From the NCBI GenBank assembly GCA_965217585.1, contig OZ244561.1, positions 800,001-864,000 of the forward strand: 64,000 bases of DNA, read 5' to 3'. Position 1 is the first letter of the stretch; each line of letters begins with the position of its first letter. Position numbers and translations under genes: made by a program. Below the pieces are notes generated by a model. That model did no database searches, had not been told where the DNA came from, and saw nothing but the letters and a program-made list of their open reading frames with translations. Shown here one piece after another: positions 20,616 through 29,183 of the stretch. This DNA is from Candidatus Latescibacterota bacterium (lineage in GTDB: Bacteria > Latescibacterota > UBA2968 > UBA8231).

Positions 20616-20750
20616 CACAGCAGATCCCGCACAAAAAAATCCTTTAGGATGGACCCTAAAGGATTGGAAAACATAGTGGTTATATAGCGTGAAACTTCTT
20701 TTTATTAGGCGTGATGTCCGTCGTCGTTACAAGGTGATCTAAAGTAATTC

Positions 20751-20808
20751 CGTATTAAATACGACTTTCCCGTATTAAATACGACTTATTTCGTATTAAA
20801 TACGACTT
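20751..20808. promoter_or_regulatory. Three phased palindromic repeats, putative enhancer (UAS) sites
   Basis: cgtattaaatacgactt at 20751, 20771 and 20792. The core CGTATT-A-AATACG is an inverted repeat. Spacing 20/21 bp; ~135-195 bp upstream of the -24 box. Confidence 0.75.
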
Positions 20809-20852
20809 AACCCCAACAGCGCCGTGGCTCCGGCCGGCCGCGGCCCTCCCCT

Positions 20853-23800
20853 TTAAGGCCCTTTCTTCGGTCGTCGCAACCCGTACACGCGCATGCGGGA
20901 ACGCAGTCGCTCTGGGTTCATGCCCAACAAGTGCGCCGCCCCCCGCTCTCCATAGATCTTCCCCTCGGCGGCTTGGAGCGCCTCCACGATTTGCTGTTTC
21001 TCGGCCTTGAACTCGGCTTCAACCGGAGCGGCGGCCGGCGGCTCAAGAGGCCCCTCCGTGGCCTCGTCTTCAGCAGCCAGCGGCACATCCTCCACCTGAA
21101 TGACCTCCCCTTGGCATAGCACCACTGCCCGCCGGATCAGATGCTCCAACTCGCGCACATTCCCCGGCCACGCGTACGCCTGCAAATGCTTCACCACTCC
21201 GTCGCCCAAAGCTGGCACGGGTCGCTGCAGACTTTGGGCATACCGGCGCGCAAAATCCGCCGCCAAGACCGGGATATCCTCTCGACGCTCCCGCAGCGGC
21301 GGCAGCTTCACCGGCCACACGCTCAAGCGGTAGAACAGATCTTCCCGGAACGTCCCCGCCCGGATCACCTGTTTCAGATCCTTGTTGGTCGCCGCAATCA
21401 CCCGCACATCCACCGGGATGGACTTCTCGCCGCCGACGCGCGTCAGGTAGCGATTCTCCAGAATGCGGAGCAGTGCCTGTTGGACTTCTAACGACAGATC
21501 GCCGATTTCATCGAGGAACAAGGTGCCGTAGTTAGCTCGTTCAAAACAGCCGATATGCCGCTTCACTGCGCCAGTAAAAGATCCTCGCTCGTGGCCAAAC
21601 AGCTCGCTCTCGATCAGCCCAGCGGGCAGGGAGCCGCAATTGAGCGCGACAAAGGGGTGCCCTCGGCGCTGGCTCAGGTTGTGGATCCTACGAGCGAGTA
21701 CGCCCTTGCCCACCCCAGTCTCGCCTAGCACCAGCATCGTCATATCGGTATCGGCCATCTGCTCGATCCCCTCTAAGAGCTCGGTCATGGCTGGGCTCTG
21801 ACTGAGAAAGTCCTGACCCGCATCCCTCAGCATGTGTTCTAAGCGCTGAAGGCGTACGCTCTTCTCGTCGGCAAACACCTGTACATCGAGAGTGGCGACT
21901 TCCGACATGAGGCCATCCCGATCTAAGGCCCGCACTTCAAAGCGGAATTGGCCAGCCGGTACGCGGTGGTACGACACTCTGTTGGAAGGAGTGAACGCAC
22001 TCCACTCTTCTGCCGGGTCGTAGCCGACGAGCCGATGGCTGTAGCGCATCTGCTCGGCCCCGCTCCGGAAGCTGAGGCCCTGGAAGTGAAACTGAATCTC
22101 GGGGGTGCTATCCGGGCAGGACACGGCTTGGGGCATCTCCAAGAGACGCCCCGCCACGACTTGGCGGATCACGATACCCGGAGGCGTATCGCCAGGCTGG
22201 TACGCAATCAGCCCCGCCCTCGTCCCAAACCACAACCGGCCCCGGCTATCGGGCAGGATGGCCTCGACGATATTCTCCAAGGTAGACTTGCCCAAACGGA
22301 TGCTCTGAAACCCCCGACCATCGTACTTCAGCACGCCCCCACCGCTCGTCCCAATCCACAGACATCCCTGCTGGGGATCAGCTACCAGAGCCAAGATGCT
22401 ATTGACGGAAAGATCGCCTTGGTCCGCCGTAAACCGACGCACCTGCTGAGCGCGGTAGTCAAAGGAGAAAAGGCCGTTGGCCGTCCCGACCCAAAGCGCA
22501 TCTTCATGTTCACACAATGCACTCACATAAGCGACGGTTTCTATCCCGGCCATGTCAGACGCGTGGAAATGGCCGTCTTTGTAATAGTACAGAGCCGGCG
22601 TTGTCCCATAGCTACCGATCCACAAGGTGCCTTCGCTATCCTGCAACGCGACTCGGCAATAATCAGGTCCCTGCTGCTCGGCTATAAAGCGGTCGTCTTC
22701 TATCCTGCCCAAGCATCCCCCGGAAGTGCCGACCCTTATGCGCCCTTCTCGGTCTGGGTACAGCATGATTTCTTCGGCGTTGTGGTCTTTTGCCACCTCG
22801 ATCACTTGGGCCTCTTCCCCCACCCCTTTAATTACTTTGTCCTCGGGGCTCCCGCGCCAGATTTGCCCCTCGCGGTCTATGGCCAACGCCGTGACCTTGT
22901 GCCCGGTCTCCACCGGGCGAATCCGGTCGTCTTCAAGACAGGCTAAGCCCCCCATCGTGCCGATCCAGATCCGGCCTTGGTGATCTTCGCTTAGCTGGTG
23001 GACCCCGCTATCGGGCAGACCGTCGGCTTCGGTGTATAGCTGGACGCTGACCGGATCGCAAAAAACCAGCCCGCCGCCCCAAAGCCCCACCCAGATATTT
23101 CCTTCGCGGTCCGCGTAGGTCAGCCGCGCATCCGAAAAGTGAATATCCGGCAAGCCAGCGGAAAAGGGATGCCACTCCTCTCCGTCGTACACTAGCACGC
23201 CCCGGCGAGTCATCCACAGCCAGCCTCTAGCGTCCAAACGCACATGGCGCGTGCCGTGATTTACGGCCTCCGTCCCTTCGATAGCTGCGTCCGCATTGAT
23301 CAGGTCGAGTTGTTGGCTATCTGGATCATAGCGGCCTATAACGGCTTCGGTGCCAATGTAGCGAAAGGCGATCCACAGCAGGCCGGAGGCGTCTTGGGCG
23401 AATTTCCACGGCCACTGCATCGCGCCGTTCCCCGCACTCATGCGCCGACCGTCTAGGCTAATGACCCCCCACTTCAGCGTCGCCAGCCACGTCGTACCCG
23501 TTGCGTCGGTGGCCATGTCGAACATCCGCCCTATGGGCTGACCCGCAATTTCTGTCACGCGCTCTACGCACCGCCCCTCGGCGAACCAGCCTATTCCTGC
23601 GCTGGTCAGAACCCGTATCGAGCCATCGGCTTGGGATTGCAGGCCCAATATGTCGTTGGAGGGCAGCCCGTGCTCGGTGGTGTACACCTGAAAGCCACGC
23701 TCGTCGTAAGCCGCCAGCCCACCGCCGAGCGTACCGAAGAGCAGTCGCCCGTCTTGGTCCTCGGCAATGGTCATTACCGTGAGAGTGGGTAGTCCATCCG

Positions 23801-24008
23801 ACAGGCCAAAGGTATCGAAATGCGCTCCGTCGAACCGGCTTACGCCGCCGTCGGCCGTGGCGATCCACAGCAGGCCGCGCTGATCTTGGTAGATGTCTTC
23901 CACCTGCATCCCGGCCAGCCCGTCGAAGACGGTGTACTGGTGCCCTAGGATGCGATCAAAGGGCTTTTTCTGTGTTGGGGGGGTTGCGGATTCCCTCGCG
24001 TCGGTCAT
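20853..24008 (-). CDS. sigma54-dependent enhancer-binding protein with N-terminal Reg_prop beta-propellers and Y_Y_Y domain
   Basis: Repeated DGLP / D..G.LWIGT..GL blades; YSHRL..Y..VPAGQFRFEVRA (Y_Y_Y); AAA+ motifs GETGVGK, ESELFGHERGSFTGA, LFLDEIG, FREDLFYRL and WPGNVREL; C-terminal Fis-type HTH. Confidence 0.93.
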   Translation of the reverse strand: MTDARESATPPTQKKPFDRILGHQYTVFDGLAGMQVEDIYQDQRGLLWIATADGGVSRFDGAHFDTFGLSDGLPTLTVMTIAEDQDGRLLFGTLGGGLAAYDERGFQVYTTEHGLPSNDILGLQSQADGSIRVLTSAGIGWFAEGRCVERVTEIAGQPIGRMFDMATDATGTTWLATLKWGVISLDGRRMSAGNGAMQWPWKFAQDASGLLWIAFRYIGTEAVIGRYDPDSQQLDLINADAAIEGTEAVNHGTRHVRLDARGWLWMTRRGVLVYDGEEWHPFSAGLPDIHFSDARLTYADREGNIWVGLWGGGLVFCDPVSVQLYTEADGLPDSGVHQLSEDHQGRIWIGTMGGLACLEDDRIRPVETGHKVTALAIDREGQIWRGSPEDKVIKGVGEEAQVIEVAKDHNAEEIMLYPDREGRIRVGTSGGCLGRIEDDRFIAEQQGPDYCRVALQDSEGTLWIGSYGTTPALYYYKDGHFHASDMAGIETVAYVSALCEHEDALWVGTANGLFSFDYRAQQVRRFTADQGDLSVNSILALVADPQQGCLWIGTSGGGVLKYDGRGFQSIRLGKSTLENIVEAILPDSRGRLWFGTRAGLIAYQPGDTPPGIVIRQVVAGRLLEMPQAVSCPDSTPEIQFHFQGLSFRSGAEQMRYSHRLVGYDPAEEWSAFTPSNRVSYHRVPAGQFRFEVRALDRDGLMSEVATLDVQVFADEKSVRLQRLEHMLRDAGQDFLSQSPAMTELLEGIEQMADTDMTMLVLGETGVGKGVLARRIHNLSQRRGHPFVALNCGSLPAGLIESELFGHERGSFTGAVKRHIGCFERANYGTLFLDEIGDLSLEVQQALLRILENRYLTRVGGEKSIPVDVRVIAATNKDLKQVIRAGTFREDLFYRLSVWPVKLPPLRERREDIPVLAADFARRYAQSLQRPVPALGDGVVKHLQAYAWPGNVRELEHLIRRAVVLCQGEVIQVEDVPLAAEDEATEGPLEPPAAAPVEAEFKAEKQQIVEALQAAEGKIYGERGAAHLLGMNPERLRSRMRVYGLRRPKKGP

Positions 24009-24053
24009 CTCCGCCCTCTCTTTTCTAAGTGGTCCGTCGGGCCCGACAAGGCA

Positions 24054-24083
24054 TTGACAAGCTTCGGCTGGAAAACATAGGTT
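24054..24083 (+). promoter_or_regulatory. Possible sigma70-type promoter
   Basis: TTGACA at 24054, then TAGGTT after an 18-bp spacer, upstream of the 24165 CDS. Confidence 0.3.
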
Positions 24084-24164
24084 GGGACAAAGATAGGCCA
24101 GGGCTTGGCCTCCACAAAATCCCCGTGCTCAGCCCACCGAGCGACTGCAATCTAGGCATCCGGC

Positions 24165-26159
24165 TTGAAAAAAGAAATCCCCGCCAGTCTGCGGGCCCGT
24201 CTCGCCGAACGCTCCGCGCCCCGGGCCCGGGAACGCCCCGACGCCCACATCACTTTCCGCGGCCTGTTTCTCGGCGCCCTGCTGTGCGTTGCCATCGCCT
24301 TGGGCGTGCCCCATACCACCATGCTGGTCAAGGGCACGCCCATGGGCTTTTCCTCGTCGACTCCGGCGGCGTACTGCCTGCTTTTTTTTCTTCTGATTAC
24401 CGTCCACGTGGTACTGGCCCTGCCCAAGCGGCAATGGGGTCTGCAATGGGGCGAACTGGTCACCATCGCCATTATGATGATGGTCGCCGCGGCCATCCCC
24501 ACCCGGGGCGTGACCGGCATGCTCCTGCCCATGATCACCGGGACCTACTACTACGCCTCGGCCGAGAACAAATGGGCCGAAGTCGTCCATCCCCATCTCA
24601 CCGAATGGATGCTGATGGGCGACCCCGAGGCCGTGCGCGGTTTCTACGAAGGCAGTATCGGCACCACGGCCATCCCCTGGGCCAGCTGGTTGCCCCCCCT
24701 GGGCTACTGGCTGCTGTTCTACGCCGCCCTGTACCTCACCCTCATCTCCATTGCCGTGATCCTGCGCCGCCAGTGGGTCGAACACGAGCGTTTAGCCTAT
24801 CCCCTGGCCCAGGTGGCCCTAGCCATGATCGAGGACGAGGGCCGGCCCTCCCTGCTCAAGCCCTTTTTTAAAAACAGGCTCATGTGGATCGGCTTTGCCA
24901 TCCCCTTCCTGGTCGGCAGCCTCAATGCCCTGCACCACTATTTCCCCTCCGTGGCCCAGATCGGGCTGAAAACCAGCGTGTCCTTCCTCGGCACCAATCT
25001 GCCGGTCAACCTCAATTTCCTCATGCTGGGCTTCTCCTTCCTCATCAATTCCACCCTCTCGCTCAGCCTGTGGTTCTTCCTCCTAATCTACACGCTGCAA
25101 CAACACGTCCTCGGCCTGTTGGGCATCGATACCCTGCAGGCCACCCTCGGCCCCTGGAGCAGTCCAGTGACCGGCCACCAGATGATGGGGGCCCTGATCG
25201 TAATGGTGGGGGCGGGCCTGTGGGTGGGGCGGCACCACCTAGCCGAGGTGTGGCACCAAGCCCTGTCGAGGAAGGCCCCGGTCGACGACGCCGATGAGAT
25301 CATGTCCTACCGCAGCGCCCTGTTGGGGCTTCTCGTCGGCACCGCGGGCATGACCCTCTGGCTGTGGCAAAGCGGCATTCCCGCCTGGGTCGCGCCGCTG
25401 TTCGTCTTTTCGGCCCTGGTCATCTTCATCGGCCTGACGCGCGCCATTGTCGAGGCCGGCATCCCCACATTGAGCCCGGCCATGGTGCCCCTCGGTTTCG
25501 TGGTTTCCGCGGTGGGCGTCCCGGCCCTCGGGGCCAAGGGCATGGTGGCCGCGGCCTACTCCCTCATCTGGGTCGGCGAATTGCTGGTCTTCATGATGGC
25601 GCCCCTGTCCAACGGCCTGCGCCTGACCAGCGAGACCGCGGGCAACCGGCGCCGGCTCCTGTGGGGCATTGCCGGCGCCATGTTCATCACCTTGGCCGTC
25701 TCCATCTACTACACCCTCCACTTGGCCTATGACTATGGCGGGGTCAATCTCCACAGCCAGTTCTTCGGCCAGAGCTTCCCGAGCTATCCCTCCAGATTCG
25801 CCCTGCGCAAATTGAGCGAGCCCTCCGCAGTCAGCGTCGATGGCTGGCTCTGGACCTTGAGCGGCGGCTTGGTCATGGCCCTCCTCATGATCGCCCGCCA
25901 GCGCCTGATGTGGTGGCCCTTCCACCCGCTGGGCTTTGCCGTCAGCGCCGGGTGGACCATGCGCTACATCTGGTTCTCCGTCTTTTTGGCCTGGCTGATC
26001 AAACTCGCCATCCTGCGCTACGGCGGCGTCGGTCTATACCACAAAATCCGCCCCTTTTTTCTCGGCCTGATCGTCGGTCAATTCGCCACCGGAGGTCTGT
26101 GGCTAGTAGTCGACGCGTTTACCGGCACAGTGGGCAATGTCATTCCGGTGATGTACTGA
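24165..26159 (+). CDS. DUF6785/DUF6784-like polytopic membrane protein (putative transporter), paralog 1
   Basis: Many TM helices; YYYASAENKW, RRQWVEHERLAYPL, WWPFHPLGF and LRYGG..Y..IRPFFLGLI motifs. Confidence 0.75.
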   Translation: MKKEIPASLRARLAERSAPRARERPDAHITFRGLFLGALLCVAIALGVPHTTMLVKGTPMGFSSSTPAAYCLLFFLLITVHVVLALPKRQWGLQWGELVTIAIMMMVAAAIPTRGVTGMLLPMITGTYYYASAENKWAEVVHPHLTEWMLMGDPEAVRGFYEGSIGTTAIPWASWLPPLGYWLLFYAALYLTLISIAVILRRQWVEHERLAYPLAQVALAMIEDEGRPSLLKPFFKNRLMWIGFAIPFLVGSLNALHHYFPSVAQIGLKTSVSFLGTNLPVNLNFLMLGFSFLINSTLSLSLWFFLLIYTLQQHVLGLLGIDTLQATLGPWSSPVTGHQMMGALIVMVGAGLWVGRHHLAEVWHQALSRKAPVDDADEIMSYRSALLGLLVGTAGMTLWLWQSGIPAWVAPLFVFSALVIFIGLTRAIVEAGIPTLSPAMVPLGFVVSAVGVPALGAKGMVAAAYSLIWVGELLVFMMAPLSNGLRLTSETAGNRRRLLWGIAGAMFITLAVSIYYTLHLAYDYGGVNLHSQFFGQSFPSYPSRFALRKLSEPSAVSVDGWLWTLSGGLVMALLMIARQRLMWWPFHPLGFAVSAGWTMRYIWFSVFLAWLIKLAILRYGGVGLYHKIRPFFLGLIVGQFATGGLWLVVDAFTGTVGNVIPVMY

Positions 26160-26162
26160 CGC

Positions 26163-27173
26163 TTAAGGCCCTCCTTCAATCCACGTCGGCTCAAAGCGAG
26201 CCAAGCGCAAACAGCCAGAGCGCTCGGCCTCGTACAGACACAAAACCTGCCCGTCGGGAGCCACCGCCAAATCGGAGTACGCAGCCGCACCCGGCTCAAG
26301 TACTCGCGCTATGGGCCAACTGTGACCTTGGTCCCCGCTCAGTCGCAAGGTCAACTCGGCGCGCTCGTCGGGCTTACTGGGATGCGCCATTAAGATGCGT
26401 CCATCGTCGAGGCGCACAATGCTACCCTGGCAAGAGGGTTCGGGCAGGGCCGGCTCGTAGGCGACCGCAGACCAAGTTGCGCCGCCATCGCGACTGCGCG
26501 ACCAGCCCCGGCAGCGGCGTTCGTTGCGACTGCGCAGCGTCATGTACAGAGAGCCGTCGGCCATTTCCACGGCCTCGCATTCGTCCGAGGCGTCGTGCGT
26601 CAACTTAGCTCCAGCCTGCCAAGTGTGGCCGCCATCGTCGCTGTAAAAAGCGATGGAAGACTGCACTTGGCCCCAAGTCGGCGGTGGCTGACGCCAAGTG
26701 GCCGGGCCGGGACTTTCATCGACCCACGAGGGCACGAACAAGCGACCGCTTTGCAGTTGAATGCCGTGGCCGGGTCCAGTGCCGAGGTAGGTCCACAAAG
26801 GAGCCTTCACTTGGGATGTGATTTCCACGGGGTCGGTCCAGGTGCGCCCACCGTCGGTGCTGCGGCTGACAAAGATTTCTTGGTTGTCCTTGCAAAAGGG
26901 CAGCAACACGGTGCTGCGGTCGTGGTCAACTACGGGACAGGGGTTGCCGCAGGTGCGCTCGCCATCGGCGACAATCCGTTGGCGAGGTGCCCAAGTGCGC
27001 CCGCCGTCGGTGCTGCGGCGCAGGAGAATGTCGATTTGATCGTCGTCGCGGCCGGTGTGGCGACGCGCTTCGCAAAAGGCCAGCACCGCGCCGTCTGGCG
27101 CTACGGCCAAGGCGGGGATGCGATAGGTGTGGTAGCCTTCTTGGCCGGAGATGAATAGGTCTTGTATTTGCAC
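26163..27173 (-). CDS. Sialidase-family (GH33-like, Asp-box) protein with no signal peptide
   Basis: YRIP motif and multiple S-x-D-G-G-x-T-W Asp boxes. Confidence 0.85.
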   Translation of the reverse strand: MQIQDLFISGQEGYHTYRIPALAVAPDGAVLAFCEARRHTGRDDDQIDILLRRSTDGGRTWAPRQRIVADGERTCGNPCPVVDHDRSTVLLPFCKDNQEIFVSRSTDGGRTWTDPVEITSQVKAPLWTYLGTGPGHGIQLQSGRLFVPSWVDESPGPATWRQPPPTWGQVQSSIAFYSDDGGHTWQAGAKLTHDASDECEAVEMADGSLYMTLRSRNERRCRGWSRSRDGGATWSAVAYEPALPEPSCQGSIVRLDDGRILMAHPSKPDERAELTLRLSGDQGHSWPIARVLEPGAAAYSDLAVAPDGQVLCLYEAERSGCLRLARFEPTWIEGGP

Positions 27174-27197
27174 GTTTCGCTCCTGTGGGAAAGGGCT

Positions 27198-28154
27198 TCA
27201 GCCACGCACGAGTCCGTGGGCACCGTAGCCAATTAGGTAGCGCACGGTAGGCGACAGTGCGCGCGCTTTGTGTGGCGCAATGCTGTTGTGGAAGTCGTTG
27301 AAGGGCTTGACCCACGAGCGGCTGTAGTAGCACAGCACAGCGCGGCGGGGGGCTTGGGTCCGATTGGGACCGGAGCGATGCCAAGTATTGGACAACCACA
27401 GCGCCACCGAGCCGGCCGGCCCGGTGAGGGCGATCTCGTCTGCCAATGGACCGCCCCCCCAAGGCGGTTTACGCCGCCAGCGGTGACTGCCCGGCACCAC
27501 GCGGGTAGCCCCGTTGTCGGGAGTGAAATCGTCGAGCATCCATACGTTCTGGGTCGTCAGAGGAAAGTCGGGCAAAGGCTCGGGGAGCTGGCCCAGCGGC
27601 ACATCGACGTGCCAGGCTCCGCCGTCGTCGGTGCCGGGGCCAATGCTGGTGGTGCTGCAATCGGATAGCACGCAGTCGGCTCCCAAGACAGCCCGCGTCA
27701 GACTCAATACCACGGGGTGTTCAACCAAGGCCGGGGCAGCCTCGCACTTGTCCAGCAAATTCCACAGCCGCTGCGAGCGCTCATCGTCGAACAAGGTCGG
27801 CAAGTGCAGGAAGAGCTTTTGCACTTGGCCCAGCTCAACCGGCCAAGGGGTGTCGAGTTGGGTGGCCCGCGTATGGCGAATGCGCCGCATGAGGCGGGCC
27901 CGTTCCGCAGGGCTGACCGCGTAGTTGGCCGCCAGAAAGGCTTCAATGGCTTCGTCGTCCGGCATTGGGGCTCCGTCGCCAGGATCGAAAGGCGCGGCGC
28001 GTTCGATGGCCAACGCAGCGTCAACTTGGTGCCGCAGCGTTGCGAGGCACTCTTCATCCAGCACTCCAGGCAGGATCGCATAGCCGTGCTCCTGCAAGTG
28101 GTCGAGGGCGGCGCGGTGCTCCGATTCGTCGAGGGCTAGTGGGTCCACAATCAA
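27198..28154 (-). CDS. Phytanoyl-CoA dioxygenase (PhyH) family protein
   Basis: WHVD, LDDFTPDNGATRVVPGSH, and TWHRSGPNRT..RR motifs. Confidence 0.88.
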   Translation of the reverse strand: MIVDPLALDESEHRAALDHLQEHGYAILPGVLDEECLATLRHQVDAALAIERAAPFDPGDGAPMPDDEAIEAFLAANYAVSPAERARLMRRIRHTRATQLDTPWPVELGQVQKLFLHLPTLFDDERSQRLWNLLDKCEAAPALVEHPVVLSLTRAVLGADCVLSDCSTTSIGPGTDDGGAWHVDVPLGQLPEPLPDFPLTTQNVWMLDDFTPDNGATRVVPGSHRWRRKPPWGGGPLADEIALTGPAGSVALWLSNTWHRSGPNRTQAPRRAVLCYYSRSWVKPFNDFHNSIAPHKARALSPTVRYLIGYGAHGLVRG

Positions 28155-28228
28155 TTCTCCACAGTTGCGTGAGGGTGTGCCTTAGCGCATCCAGCCCACC
28201 TGTGCAAAGACGGGATTTTGCGTGCTGT

Positions 28229-29059
28229 CTAGGTGAGTTTCTCCAACACGTGTTCCTGGTAGTACGATTTGGAAAAACCGGCCTCGGCGTAGGCCTGGGT
28301 GGCCGCGGACCACTGGCTGTAAAAGATGCGTTGCTCGGGGTCTGGATGTTCGGCCAAGCGCTGGGGTAGAAGCACCCAATTAGTCAAAGGCTGGCTGGCG
28401 GCGCGGCTGTAGTAGTGGTGCAAAGTGCGCCGAGCACGGACGCGCTGTCCGGGCAGGCGGGTGTGAAAAATGGCGATGTCGTACAAAACCAAGGTGCCGG
28501 CCGGGCCGCGGATGGGCACTTCCGCATAGGCATCGCCCAGTTCGGCGCGGGCCTCAGCCAACGTCTCATAGGAGCCGCTGTTCGGCACGACGCAAAAGCA
28601 GGGATCACTGCCCCCCACGTCGCTCAAGTAGTGAATGGCGCAGACATAGGTGCATTCGTAGGGGCGCTTAGGCTCGGTCCGGGTGGTAGGTTCGTAGGAC
28701 CGGTCGCGATGGAAGTGCATCTCGCCGTCGCCCTTGCCAGCGGGCACGTCGCGGAAATCGAATTGGGCAAAGCGGGGTTGAGGAGCCATAACGGCTTGCA
28801 CTATATCGTAGGAGATCGCCGGCTGGACAAAGCGGTCCAACTCGGGGTGGTGAACTAGGATTTGCCCGTGCGAAAAGACGCCCAAGCGGTCAGGCCCCCA
28901 TTCGCGGGGAATTTCCCCTTTGGAGCGATCGACAAAGGCGTTGAGGGTGCGGATGTCGTCGGCTGGTAGGGCGTCGGCGACTGCGACGTACTTATACTGC
29001 TGAAAAAAAGCGAGTACGTCTTCCTTGTTGTCCGGGTCAAAAATGGGGGGCTGGGCCAT
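28229..29059 (-). CDS. PhyH family dioxygenase
   Basis: FHRD, YLSDV..FCVVPNS, and AGTLVLYDIAIFHTR motifs. Start placed at MAQPP. Confidence 0.82.
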   Translation of the reverse strand: MAQPPIFDPDNKEDVLAFFQQYKYVAVADALPADDIRTLNAFVDRSKGEIPREWGPDRLGVFSHGQILVHHPELDRFVQPAISYDIVQAVMAPQPRFAQFDFRDVPAGKGDGEMHFHRDRSYEPTTRTEPKRPYECTYVCAIHYLSDVGGSDPCFCVVPNSGSYETLAEARAELGDAYAEVPIRGPAGTLVLYDIAIFHTRLPGQRVRARRTLHHYYSRAASQPLTNWVLLPQRLAEHPDPEQRIFYSQWSAATQAYAEAGFSKSYYQEHVLEKLT

Positions 29060-29183
29060 GATGAATTCCCTTTTAAAATTGCTGTTTGGAATGGTACTCT
29101 GAGCCTCCACCGCCTGCAACTGGAGTTTAAGATAAGGCGACTACCCAAGCCAAGAAGTACATTTGGGGCGGATATTTATTACA

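Noticed and set aside
19564-20634. 356-aa version of the TolB-like ORF
   Set aside because: The extension runs through the sigma54 promoter. The RBS and signal peptide support a start at 20436 (or 20481).
20751-20808. CRISPR mini-array or plasmid iterons
   Set aside because: The 17-bp repeats have only 3-4 bp between them, and there is no cas or rep gene. Their position fits sigma54 enhancer sites.
21948-22946. Long antisense or alternate-frame ORFs (also 11607..12332, 24029..24871, 58455..59339, 41781..42488)
   Set aside because: They lie within well-supported genes and have no motifs; they are expected shadow ORFs in GC-rich DNA.
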